Positions 10,401 through 18,332 of a stretch of 45,427 nucleotides of DNA are shown here, piece by piece. The translations under genes were made by a program, and so were the position numbers. How positions within the stretch are numbered: the first letter of the stretch is position 1; every line of letters begins with the position of its first letter. Source of the stretch: an uncultured Candidatus Saccharibacteria bacterium. GTDB taxonomy: Bacteria > Patescibacteriota > Minisyncoccia > Phycocordibacterales > CAYQYW01. The stretch lies in NCBI GenBank assembly GCA_964421995.1, contig CAYQYW010000007.1, forward strand, positions 1-45,427, in the 5' to 3' direction. The notes beneath the pieces were generated by a model. That model had not been told where the DNA came from. It saw only the letters and a program-made list of their open reading frames with translations, and did not search any database.

Positions 10401-13400
10401 TGCTGCTTGAGCCAGTCCTCCTGCTGCGGTGACCGTAAGTGTGTCTCCAGTGAGCGTAATACCTGAACCAACCAAAAGGTTTGTTTCTGCAGAGATGTCG
10501 ATTGAGGTGCCGAGTGTGGTAGTAAGGCTTGAGCCTGATAGTGTTAGACCAGTACCAGTGAGATCATTAATATAGTCACTTCCAAGTAGGAGATTCGTTA
10601 TTGAAAGATTTGGGAGCGTTGAGGTGGCGCTGGTTGAACTTGCAACAAAAATATTTCCAAGAACACTCTTGTCAACACGAAGTGTTGAAGAAGCAAAAAT
10701 GTTTGCGCTGAAATATGAAGAACCGGAAACTTGAAGAATTTCATTTTTAGTTGTTGTTGCTGTTGATCCAATAATAACAATATTGGTTGAATCGTCAGGG
10801 TGAAGGGCAAGATCATTTGTTGTGGTTGCCCAAAAACCGCCTCCGCTTCCGCCTCCAGAAGTTAAATCGGTACTCCACGTTGGTACACCGCCTGCAAGTT
10901 TCAAGACCAAACCATTAGATCCTACAGCAAGGCGTGTTAGTGAGTTTGTTGAATCTGCATAGAGAATGTCACCAGTGCTATATGCTGTCGCTCCTGTTCC
11001 TCCAAAGATCTCTGTTATAGCAGAGCCATTCCAAGTACCTGCCACTATTGTACCGAGAGACGATTGTGTTGAGGAAAGCTGTGGGAAGGTGCTCGTTGCC
11101 GTAGTGCTCGTTGCGGTGAAGTATTCTGCTACTGTTTGACCTACTACAGAGAGTTTTGCATATGGTGAGGTTGTTCCGATTCCTACGTTTCCAGTAGAAG
11201 CAATTGTCAGTCTTGTATTAGCATTTGTTCGGAATATCAGTGAACCTCCACCAAATGCCTCGATACCAGCATTGAATCCATCTAGCATACCAAATTCACC
11301 AGTTCTATTCTGCGTACTGTCCGTGATTGTGATTACAGGTGCAGATGTGCTTTGTATAGCCAAAATACTTACTGGACTCGTCGTGCCAATACCCAATCGA
11401 TTGTTTGTATCATTCCAGAAGAGATTACTAGTGTCTTGTTTGTACGTCGTTCCGTCTGAGAAAAAAAGTCCCCCATTTTGTGCAGTGGTGGTGCCCGTAC
11501 CACCACTGGTTAACGCTAATGTTCCCACAGTGTCAGACAATGCTATTCCAAGTGTTGAAGTTGCAACGTAGCTTGGGAGTCCTGTAGAGAGTGATAATTG
11601 TAGTAGTGAGCCTCTTGTTGAGGTTGCAAGTCGTGCTAATGAGTTCGCTGCGTTTGCATAGAGTAGATCTCCAATAACATACGATGTTTGACCGGTGCCT
11701 CCAAAGGTCTCTGCTATGATACTTCCATTCCAGGTACCCGTAGTAACAGTACCAATAGTTGAAAGACTTGGGGTGCTTATCAGTGTTCCAATCGTTGAGG
11801 TTGCGTTAATGCGTGCGTCCGCTCGAGCGTTGGTAAAGTACAGATTAGTACCCCCCTCAGTAAGTTGATCCGTCGTCGTACTAAACCAACTCGACAAGGT
11901 AAGAACGTTATTCGTTCGTGCAAGTGCGTTGTCGATAAAGTTTTGGCTAATGGTAGAAGTTGAGATAAGGTTACCTGCTCCATCTCCAAAGAGAAAGTCA
12001 CTTGGTGTGGTTGATCCTGTTCCTCCTTTGGTTACTCCGAGGGTTCCCCCAATCGTAGTAAGAGTGGTCGTTGCTACCCAGATAGGCACGCCACTCTCTA
12101 GTGCAAGGACCTGACCGTTCACTCCAGCTGTTGTGGTTGCAAGTGCTCCTGTTCCATTACCCAGGAGGATGGTGTTTGCTTGTATAGCTGATTGACCGGT
12201 TCCTCCGTTACTTACTCCAAGAATACCGGTAATGTCAGTTGCAAGGTTCACAAGTGCGGTCGCTACTACTCCTCCTGTTGCTTTGAGAAAGCCGGTGAGG
12301 GTTCCTATGTTAAACCCTCCGGTTACCCGTAGTCCGCTGAGAGTTGAGGTTGCAGTGGTGTTTAATCGTAGTGCACTCAACCCTCCCGAGAAGGTACTGG
12401 TTGCGGTGGTGGTTGCGGTGAAAGAAGGAGCGACAAGTGGATTGTATGTAGTCAATGTTCCTCCAATAAGTGCATTACCAATAACTTCAAAAGAGTTTCC
12501 GGTAGTGGTGGTGGCACTTCCTCCAACGATAACTACACGATTTGCAAGTGGTGAAATAGCAAGTGAATCGGTGGTGGTTGCAAAGAGTCCTTCAGCTCCT
12601 GAAGTGGACCATGAAAGTCCTCCTGATCCGTTCGTAATGAGTACCTGATTTGCAATACCATCAGCAGAAGGATAGAGATATTCAACACCATTGAAGGTAG
12701 TTGATCCTACCACAGTAAGAGATCCATCAATGAATACACTTGATGATGCATAGAGAGTGCTCGGGATATGAATAGCAACGGTGGTTGTTGGTGCAAGGAG
12801 TCCATTGCTGTTGATCTCCCACGATTGACCAAACACAGCACCTCCATCAGTACCACAGACAAGAAAGCCATTACTATCAGTATCAATAGTGTCACAATTA
12901 GTAAGGTCTGAGAGCGCAAGGTTTGTCGCGGAGATACCGGAAGAGAAAGTTGTGGTTGCAATGCTACTAACAGAGAGTTTTGTTAATGACGCACTGGTGT
13001 CCGTGATAACGGAACTAGAGAGAGTAATACCTCCTAGATTATTTATTTGATTCGTCCGTGCAATGGTTGTGTAGTTGTTAATGATTTGTTGCTTGTTTAC
13101 ATTGGTGATTGCTTGTACGTGCTCTAGTGTTTGTTGTGCTTGTTTCTTAAGTGCATCATCAAATTGTTTTTTTGAGATACCGGTGACTACAATGTTGGTG
13201 ATTGGTTTTACCTGAACAATCCTCTCTTCTATTATTGTTTTGACAACCTTTTCAGCTTCAATAAAACCGTCGGGGATCGGTTGTGCTTCAGTTTCAATTC
13301 GTCCACCCGCATCTCGTTTAGGAAATAATGTTGAGAAAAATTTTCTAACAGTACTGATTCCCTTCCCAGTATTTTCTGGAAGATTTCTGATTGCAGAATA

Positions 13401-13832
13401 TACCGACGCAGGAGTCGTAACTTCCTTAATAGAATCTACTGAATCACTAACAACAAAATCATGAGCATCAAGATTAAAAATTCCAAGAACAAATAAAAAT
13501 GCAACCATCACCGCAATAGTACCCTCAAGAAATTCCTTCAAAAAATCATGTTGAAATTTTTTTATTATTTCACTCTTTTCATTTTTGTACTCACGCCTTC
13601 TTTTATCTGAAAGGTTGACTTTTCTCTCTTCTCGTTTTCTTTCTTCTTCCGCAATAAAGCAACCGAGTGACTTTTTATTAAGGTGCCAAACATTTCCAAC
13701 GAGCTTCGCTTTAATTTTTCCAACACGACACAGATAGGCAATGTGACTACGAGTGTACCCCGTCAAAGAAACTGCTTTGGGAGAAGAAATATATCCTCCA
13801 CTATTTTTTATTGAATCATCAAATGTAGGCAT
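7497..13832 (-). CDS. Giant (2111 aa) membrane-anchored surface/fibre protein with N-terminal excisionase/MerR-like HTH, TM helix, Gly/Thr/Ser-rich repeats and C-terminal DUF5011-like Ig domains
   Basis: HTH YISSPKAVSLTGYTRSHIAYLCRVGKIKAKLVGNVWHL; TM IAVMVAFLFVLGIF; repeated GGTG, GNVGIGT and ATST motifs; two C-terminal DTxxPVxTxxG...YxxxGxTxxD domains. Confidence 0.88.
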   Translation of the reverse strand: MPTFDDSIKNSGGYISSPKAVSLTGYTRSHIAYLCRVGKIKAKLVGNVWHLNKKSLGCFIAEEERKREERKVNLSDKRRREYKNEKSEIIKKFQHDFLKEFLEGTIAVMVAFLFVLGIFNLDAHDFVVSDSVDSIKEVTTPASVYSAIRNLPENTGKGISTVRKFFSTLFPKRDAGGRIETEAQPIPDGFIEAEKVVKTIIEERIVQVKPITNIVVTGISKKQFDDALKKQAQQTLEHVQAITNVNKQQIINNYTTIARTNQINNLGGITLSSSVITDTSASLTKLSVSSIATTTFSSGISATNLALSDLTNCDTIDTDSNGFLVCGTDGGAVFGQSWEINSNGLLAPTTTVAIHIPSTLYASSSVFIDGSLTVVGSTTFNGVEYLYPSADGIANQVLITNGSGGLSWSTSGAEGLFATTTDSLAISPLANRVVIVGGSATTTTGNSFEVIGNALIGGTLTTYNPLVAPSFTATTTATSTFSGGLSALRLNTTATSTLSGLRVTGGFNIGTLTGFLKATGGVVATALVNLATDITGILGVSNGGTGQSAIQANTILLGNGTGALATTTAGVNGQVLALESGVPIWVATTTLTTIGGTLGVTKGGTGSTTPSDFLFGDGAGNLISTSTISQNFIDNALARTNNVLTLSSWFSTTTDQLTEGGTNLYFTNARADARINATSTIGTLISTPSLSTIGTVTTGTWNGSIIAETFGGTGQTSYVIGDLLYANAANSLARLATSTRGSLLQLSLSTGLPSYVATSTLGIALSDTVGTLALTSGGTGTTTAQNGGLFFSDGTTYKQDTSNLFWNDTNNRLGIGTTSPVSILAIQSTSAPVITITDSTQNRTGEFGMLDGFNAGIEAFGGGSLIFRTNANTRLTIASTGNVGIGTTSPYAKLSVVGQTVAEYFTATSTTATSTFPQLSSTQSSLGTIVAGTWNGSAITEIFGGTGATAYSTGDILYADSTNSLTRLAVGSNGLVLKLAGGVPTWSTDLTSGGGSGGGFWATTTNDLALHPDDSTNIVIIGSTATTTKNEILQVSGSSYFSANIFASSTLRVDKSVLGNIFVASSTSATSTLPNLSITNLLLGSDYINDLTGTGLTLSGSSLTTTLGTSIDISAETNLLVGSGITLTGDTLTVTAAGGLAQAAGGLTTTGVLEDLNTLGASASDGEFIVATGAGAFAYESTATARTSLGLGSLATLSSINNSNWSGTDLSVTNGGTGASTLNDLITLGTHTTGNYAATVADSGAGTITVGGSGSETAAITVGLNLANANSWTGLQSFTNASSTLFSVFDTSYFGGTATSTFDSAGNLTLGGTLTVGGDSINEFAGTGLTVSGNALTVDLGTSIDISAETNLVGGTNITLSGDTLNVDDAFLVNNANDVTTGQLTALNFVASSATATSTFAGGLTVDTSDFVVDPDAGRVGIGTSVPGKLLTVSKNGNGVPGDEAIVRIETTDEFVGTGDVIGGLEFFSHDLSDPSDITGFMRSEALNAGTRFALTFGSKDSGSDATEMMRIDSSGNVGVGTTVLSSKFTIDQNSASGVALTVTGGGTGASLATFTRDIGASGTININAGGGDAQIRFTSNNDFAIGVDDTTFRISDNTSVGTNDRFVIDSSGNVGIGTSTPAFRFAVASLGTGAMSAMIGTSSIDTLLVGGGLGKLTAGTIDPVYSIGGTQYATYVAGMIGQKEETTGVVTINTQVTDSAGNIGYLYEINFDEQEVGSDLWLFAKSSTIRKHIDRLVVLLTSEGGADVSYVINEAENKVIFLADKPTRVSYRFTSPRFDSDTWTNFNNDGVTGFVVPEFDDTIYFENEDITFSFEGATENVAEFFATFGGTIINDVLHLGELVLDVLQVNSIVALVIQTDDLTIGDIEKPTGFTIYDKVTRDPMCIELVNGELIPIPGACGTQTVQQTTDTIPPVLTVIGNNPAEVSLGAEYSDLGVTVTDNVNENLGHTIQVDGVDVVEVVLDTGTSTIYTIVYSAIDEAGNEGSTTRTVIVGEEVSTSTPSTPSTPSTPDTLDTPDTLAPVITLLGESNISLEQEADYIEEGATAVDEIDGDLSNQIVITGTIDTTTTGEYTVRYNVADASENQAIEVIRTVSVIEQANNATSTPENM
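7797..7832 (-). repeat. 9-bp coding tandem repeat x4 (STP linker)
   Basis: tggtgtact x4, encoding STPSTPSTPSTP between the two C-terminal Ig-like domains. Confidence 0.9.
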
Positions 13833-13839
13833 GTGAAAT

Positions 13840-13862
13840 ATACCTATATAATATCAGGTTAT
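13840..13862 (-). promoter_or_regulatory. Putative promoter/operator, ACCT-N10-AGGT dyad containing TGn-TATTAT
   Basis: atacctatataatatcaggttat, 20/23 identical to 18310..18332, immediately upstream of the giant gene start. Confidence 0.5.
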
Positions 13863-14065
13863 ACTACACGCAACGCATAGTATTTAAAAAATACTGGGGA
13901 TTACCTAACAACACTTTTTTAAAAAAGTATGACAAAAAATAAATTATTTGAAAGAAGTATAAAATAATTTTCTTATTTATTAAGAAATATGCTAGAAAAT
14001 TAAATAGTAGCAACTCTCATGTCAAAATCATCTACTTTATTTTCTAACAAATATTATTTAAATAC

Positions 14066-14097
14066 AAAACACATCTCGTTTAACCGAGATGTGTTTT
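14066..14097. terminator. Rho-independent terminator (bidirectional-type hairpin) after the cupredoxin operon
   Basis: Perfect 13-bp stem aaaacacatctcg / cgagatgtgtttt with a 6-nt loop, 26 bp downstream of the 14124 stop. Confidence 0.85.
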
Positions 14098-14123
14098 AAA
14101 ATATGCTTTAATGACCGAGATAT

Positions 14124-14627
14124 TTATTTCTTCTTAATAAATGATGATATTCCAAATCCGGCAGAAAGTCCTATAATTCCAAATACAATTAATAAAGTAT
14201 TATTGTTTGGCTCTGCCTCATTCTTGTTCACACTAGAAGACACAACCATTAATGGAAATGATGCCGATACAAGTTTCTCAGTGCCGTTCTGGTAGCGAAC
14301 AGAGAGCTCATAGTCACCCACTTCTCCGAATGTATAGGTCATTCGAGCTCCACCAAAGTCAGAGTTGTATACACCACTTGCGTATACTGTCTTTCCTTCT
14401 TTAATTAGTCGAACCCACACATCAGTGTATTCAATTTCATACTGTTTATTGGTTGAAATACCAAAATCAAAAAGTACTGATTTCCCTGTTTGAAATTCTT
14501 CAGTATTGTATCCTATATCAACACGATATCCATCAATATCCGACTCAAATGATAATCCTGTTCCGTGAGCGAGTACTACGGGTGCACTTAGTACTAGCAA
14601 TAGTGCAATAAAACTTCTTGCAAACAT
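14124..14627 (-). CDS. Secreted protein with predicted mature N-terminal His, Ig-like domain and C-terminal TM anchor (CopC/YtkA-like architecture)
   Basis: Signal peptide ends VVLA-HG; beta-rich core (YTFGEVGDYELSVRY); C-terminal hydrophobic helix followed by KKK. Confidence 0.75.
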   Translation of the reverse strand: MFARSFIALLLVLSAPVVLAHGTGLSFESDIDGYRVDIGYNTEEFQTGKSVLFDFGISTNKQYEIEYTDVWVRLIKEGKTVYASGVYNSDFGGARMTYTFGEVGDYELSVRYQNGTEKLVSASFPLMVVSSSVNKNEAEPNNNTLLIVFGIIGLSAGFGISSFIKKK

Positions 14628-14632
14628 ACTTA

Positions 14633-15022
14633 TTATTCAATTACATTAATAATACCATTCCAATATGGAGCAAGATGTCCATGAAATTTCCAACTTCCAA
14701 CCTTATTGAAGGTAAAGCTCCATGTATCACCAGGTTTAATTGGTTTTCGTGGATCAAACTCAGCATACGTACGGTGGGACGGATGAAGGTTTGACGCTGG
14801 CCAAAATGGCTTTCCGTTTGTTGTACTGAAGGTAACGCTATCTCCTTTACGTACTGTAAGTGTATCAGGATGAAAACCATCACTCTCCAACACAACCTGA
14901 TAATTTACTCCCGTACTCAATACAGAACCCTCTATACCCTTTTCTTCTACTACATTACTGTTAAACAACGCGATTCCCGCAAAGGCAATTAAAATTAACC
15001 CTACACTATATTTCTTGTTCAT
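14633..15022 (-). CDS. Stand-alone membrane-anchored cupredoxin-like protein (Cys-less, His-rich)
   Basis: GFHPDTLTVRKGDSVTF...WPASNLHPSH...PGDTWSFTFNKVGSWKFHGHL...GIINV is the cupredoxin strand pattern. Confidence 0.8.
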   Translation of the reverse strand: MNKKYSVGLILIAFAGIALFNSNVVEEKGIEGSVLSTGVNYQVVLESDGFHPDTLTVRKGDSVTFSTTNGKPFWPASNLHPSHRTYAEFDPRKPIKPGDTWSFTFNKVGSWKFHGHLAPYWNGIINVIE

Positions 15023-15043
15023 GAGAAAATTATACCTCGTGTT

Positions 15044-16471
15044 TTAGTATGTACAAAATGTCTGATATTCTTCTAAGACAGAAGAGCAAATCTTCTTACT
15101 CTTCTCAAGTGAGTACCAACCAGGTAGCGTACTTAGTACCATTTTAAAACAAGTGTTCCTTTCAAGAGATGTCATGCTATTTGTCTCGCAAAAAGATAGT
15201 GCGGCCCTATATTCTTCTCCCGGCACACCATGTTCCATAAGACCTTGAGAAAATCCTTCTATACACGTTAGTTGATACTCGTCTGGTATGGTATGACAAT
15301 CACGGACAACACTGGTAAAGTCTGTTGTTTGAAGATGTGTGAGTGCATGTTGACCTCCCAAATATATGAATGCTCTTCTCTTTTGATCTTCATCTGGTAT
15401 GGCAACGATGTACGGAGCTGCTTTTACAAAATCATTGTCATTCATCCACATTAATACCGAATTCATGTTTCCGTAACAAGGTTCTTTGTACACATCAGGC
15501 TGCATCGCACAGATCTCTAATGGGTTTCTTTTCTTAACTGATAGTCCGTATTCTCCGGTGATATAAAAATTAGCAACACCGTTAAAAATTCCTGACGCAC
15601 ATCTATATAATTGTTCATCACTACTTGATACCTCTGCACACACTTTTAATGCTTCTTCAATCATTTCATTTTCACTACTAAACACTCCATGTTCAGCAAC
15701 CACTGTTTCCATAGCACCATGACCAATACCGTGATAGCACTGCAACGCCGCATCAGGTGCTTCAGTAGATAAATACTCTCCTATGTATGCACATACTTCC
15801 TGTGCTTCTTCAAGGTCTCCTGTTGCACCAAGATGTGCTTCCATAAATCCATGAAAGAATCCACTAGCACAGTACGTTGTTTTTTCTGTAAGAATAGATG
15901 TATGATCAAGAACATATGCACCATATCCTGCAAAACCAAGATTGTGTGCAATAAAGTGACACGAATTTGCAAAAAGTGGTTCCTCTCTGTACAGCTGTGC
16001 AAGAACATCAAAAGCGCTGTTTAAACCACTCTTCTCAAGTGAATCAAGGATTTCTTCTTGCCAACATTCTAATCCTTCTACACAAGACGTGACAGCCTCT
16101 CCTTGGTCAACAACATATAGCACACCAGTAAAATATGGAGCCAGATGATCATGGAACTTCCATGATCCAACTTTATCAAAGGTAAAACTCCATGAACTAT
16201 CGGGATTAACAGGCTCCATAGAATCAAATGTAGAGTAAGTTGTATGTGATGGATGGAGATTTGAAGCGGGCCAAAAAAACTTACCACGCTCTGATGTAAA
16301 CGTTACGGTATCTCCCACTGTAATAGTCAATTCCTTTGGAGAAAAACCTTTATCACTTAGGACAATGTTATTGCCCTGCCCTATTTCACTTCCAGCGTTG
16401 TTGTATACAAAAACTGCTATACCAAGAGCAACAATAAGTAACACTACTCTCTTTATTTTCTTATAGTCCAT
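15044..16471 (-). CDS. Cupredoxin-like domain fused to the Cys/His-rich five-His domain, paralog 3
   Basis: Likely start MDYKKIKRVV at 16471 (11-nt overlap with the upstream stop; track ORF starts at 16528). TM segment; WPASNLHPSH..WKFHDHL; CHFIAHNLG, CASGFFHG, CYHGIGHG, CASGIFN. Confidence 0.85.
   Translation of the reverse strand: MDYKKIKRVVLLIVALGIAVFVYNNAGSEIGQGNNIVLSDKGFSPKELTITVGDTVTFTSERGKFFWPASNLHPSHTTYSTFDSMEPVNPDSSWSFTFDKVGSWKFHDHLAPYFTGVLYVVDQGEAVTSCVEGLECWQEEILDSLEKSGLNSAFDVLAQLYREEPLFANSCHFIAHNLGFAGYGAYVLDHTSILTEKTTYCASGFFHGFMEAHLGATGDLEEAQEVCAYIGEYLSTEAPDAALQCYHGIGHGAMETVVAEHGVFSSENEMIEEALKVCAEVSSSDEQLYRCASGIFNGVANFYITGEYGLSVKKRNPLEICAMQPDVYKEPCYGNMNSVLMWMNDNDFVKAAPYIVAIPDEDQKRRAFIYLGGQHALTHLQTTDFTSVVRDCHTIPDEYQLTCIEGFSQGLMEHGVPGEEYRAALSFCETNSMTSLERNTCFKMVLSTLPGWYSLEKSKKICSSVLEEYQTFCTY
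16146..16195. repeat. 50-bp intragenic direct repeat containing a 21-bp palindrome, copy 1
   Basis: 49/50 identical to 17620..17669; GATCATGGAA-C-TTCCATGATC at 16147-16167. Confidence 0.9.
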
Positions 16472-18209
16472 AGTCTTCTTCACAAAGATATTGATATTCA
16501 GACTCAAGCAATGGACAAATTTGTTCAATAACTTTATCCATGTACACTCCTCGGAACGTTCTCATAATGTTCCAGTAACAAATACTTTTTTCGTCCGAAG
16601 TAAGAACTGAAGAGCTACAGAAAGTGATTGCTTTTACATATTCCTTTGTTGGTTCGCCGTGGGCAACAAAACCACCCGTGATTCCTTTTAGACACGCCAC
16701 TTGAACTCTTTCAGGAAGAGAACGACACTCATACAGTAATGGTATATGGTCATCTTCAGAAATTAATTCTTGCATTACTGCAGCAACAAGAGGTCCAATA
16801 ATAACATCTGCTATTTCATCATCTTCAATATCTTTCACATACAAGTTATAGAATTCTAGAAGACCATTTTTGGTGTATATATTTAATTTCATAGAGAGCT
16901 CGTAGTAGCATGCAAGTGTTTCCTCATAATTTGCTTGTGTTCTACATAATTTCATTGGATCATTCGGGTCAGGCTCTAGACCATAATTATCTGTATATAT
17001 CCAATCAGAAATAACATTAAATGCACCTTGTAAACACTCCATTCGTTCATCATCTTTTTCTAATTTTCGACACACATCAATTCCTGTTTGAACAAATGCT
17101 TGTGCATCTCCCCACATACCAGTATCAGATGGCTCTTGAACAAAACCATGGCCAATTGCATGGAAACAATTTAACCGAATGCGTGGAAGATCTTCTGATC
17201 GATTCTTAATTAACTCATTACAAATACCAACTACGTCTTCGAAGTCAGGAGTATCTCTGAGATAATGTTCCAAGAAACCATGATAATAACCGTATCCACA
17301 ATACGATGAGGAATCTGGAAATTGCACCTTACTAAAATCTTTATGAGTTAAATAATCTGCGTACGATGCATCACCTATCTTGTGTGAATACCAATGACAT
17401 CCGTCACTAGCAAACTGCGGATCTGATTCATACAAATGAGTAAAAATTTCAAATGCTTTTGTTACACCACCTTCTTCAACAGCTTGCGACAATGTAAATT
17501 CCCAACACTCTTTTTTATTTACTTCTTCCCCTCGTTTAATTTTTTCTATACAATTCGTACCATCAAAAATCTTACCCTCATCTACCACAATTATTTCTCC
17601 CCGAAGAAATGGTCGTAAGTGATCATGGAACTTCCATGATCCAGCTTTATCAAAGGTAAAACTCCATGAGTTTCCAGGTTCAATTGGTGCACGTGAATCA
17701 AATTCTGGATAGACCTCATGATCGGGATGAACACTTGATGCTGGCCAAAATAATTTATCACTTTTAGTTTTAAACGTAACCGTGTCCTTTGTTTGAATCA
17801 CCAATGTATCTGGTTCATATCTGTCTTCATACATAACAATAGTATTTTCCTCTCCGTTTTTTGTTGGTGTCACCGCAAAAAATATGGAGGTAAATTTTGC
17901 TATTGTAGAGCTATATACTTTGGCTAAATCACCCTTAATATCTTGAAAAATTTCCTTTCTATCATTTTTTTCCAAAACCAAAGCAGAAAGTGAATCTGAT
18001 TTTTGAGTAATAATGCTGATCGTATCAGCAGGATATGAACTACCCATGAAAAAGAACACAGCAAACACAAAGGTTGTAGCTATTAAAAAAGCACCGGCTC
18101 TATTCACAAAGTCTGGACCAGCTGTTAAAAGAAGTCTTGGCTCAAACACTCGTGGAATTCGATACTGTAACGTTTCCTTTTTTGAGGTGTTATCTTTTGT
18201 ATTCTTCAT
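16461..18209 (-). CDS. Cupredoxin-like domain fused to the Cys/His-rich five-His domain, paralog 4
   Basis: TM segment FLIATTFVFAVFFFMG; WPASSVHPDH..WKFHDHL; CHWYSHKIG, CGYGYYHG, CFHAIGHG, CLQGAFN. Confidence 0.85.
   Translation of the reverse strand: MKNTKDNTSKKETLQYRIPRVFEPRLLLTAGPDFVNRAGAFLIATTFVFAVFFFMGSSYPADTISIITQKSDSLSALVLEKNDRKEIFQDIKGDLAKVYSSTIAKFTSIFFAVTPTKNGEENTIVMYEDRYEPDTLVIQTKDTVTFKTKSDKLFWPASSVHPDHEVYPEFDSRAPIEPGNSWSFTFDKAGSWKFHDHLRPFLRGEIIVVDEGKIFDGTNCIEKIKRGEEVNKKECWEFTLSQAVEEGGVTKAFEIFTHLYESDPQFASDGCHWYSHKIGDASYADYLTHKDFSKVQFPDSSSYCGYGYYHGFLEHYLRDTPDFEDVVGICNELIKNRSEDLPRIRLNCFHAIGHGFVQEPSDTGMWGDAQAFVQTGIDVCRKLEKDDERMECLQGAFNVISDWIYTDNYGLEPDPNDPMKLCRTQANYEETLACYYELSMKLNIYTKNGLLEFYNLYVKDIEDDEIADVIIGPLVAAVMQELISEDDHIPLLYECRSLPERVQVACLKGITGGFVAHGEPTKEYVKAITFCSSSVLTSDEKSICYWNIMRTFRGVYMDKVIEQICPLLESEYQYLCEEDYGL
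17620..17669. repeat. 50-bp intragenic direct repeat containing a 21-bp palindrome, copy 2
   Basis: Palindrome at 17621-17641. Confidence 0.9.
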
Positions 18210-18309
18210 ACGATAAAATTATTTACAATTGATCCTATCACCATTATAGTAGAATTAGTAGTATTTCTTAACTTTTTTACCATTACTATTTCTATAAGGT
18301 ATACGTAAG

Positions 18310-18332
18310 ATACCTATATACTAACAGGTAAT
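18310..18332 (-). promoter_or_regulatory. Putative promoter/operator, ACCT-N10-AGGT dyad containing TGn-TAGTAT
   Basis: atacctatatactaacaggtaat, 20/23 identical to 13840..13862, about 100 bp upstream of the first gene of the cupredoxin operon. Confidence 0.5.

Noticed and set aside
18206-18283. 25-aa upstream ORF MVKKLRNTTNSTIMVIGSIVNNFIV with ATGA overlap onto the 18209 start
   Set aside because: Short, no informative composition, contains a TATAAT box, and would be the only TGA-terminated gene here; cannot be supported without ribosome profiling.
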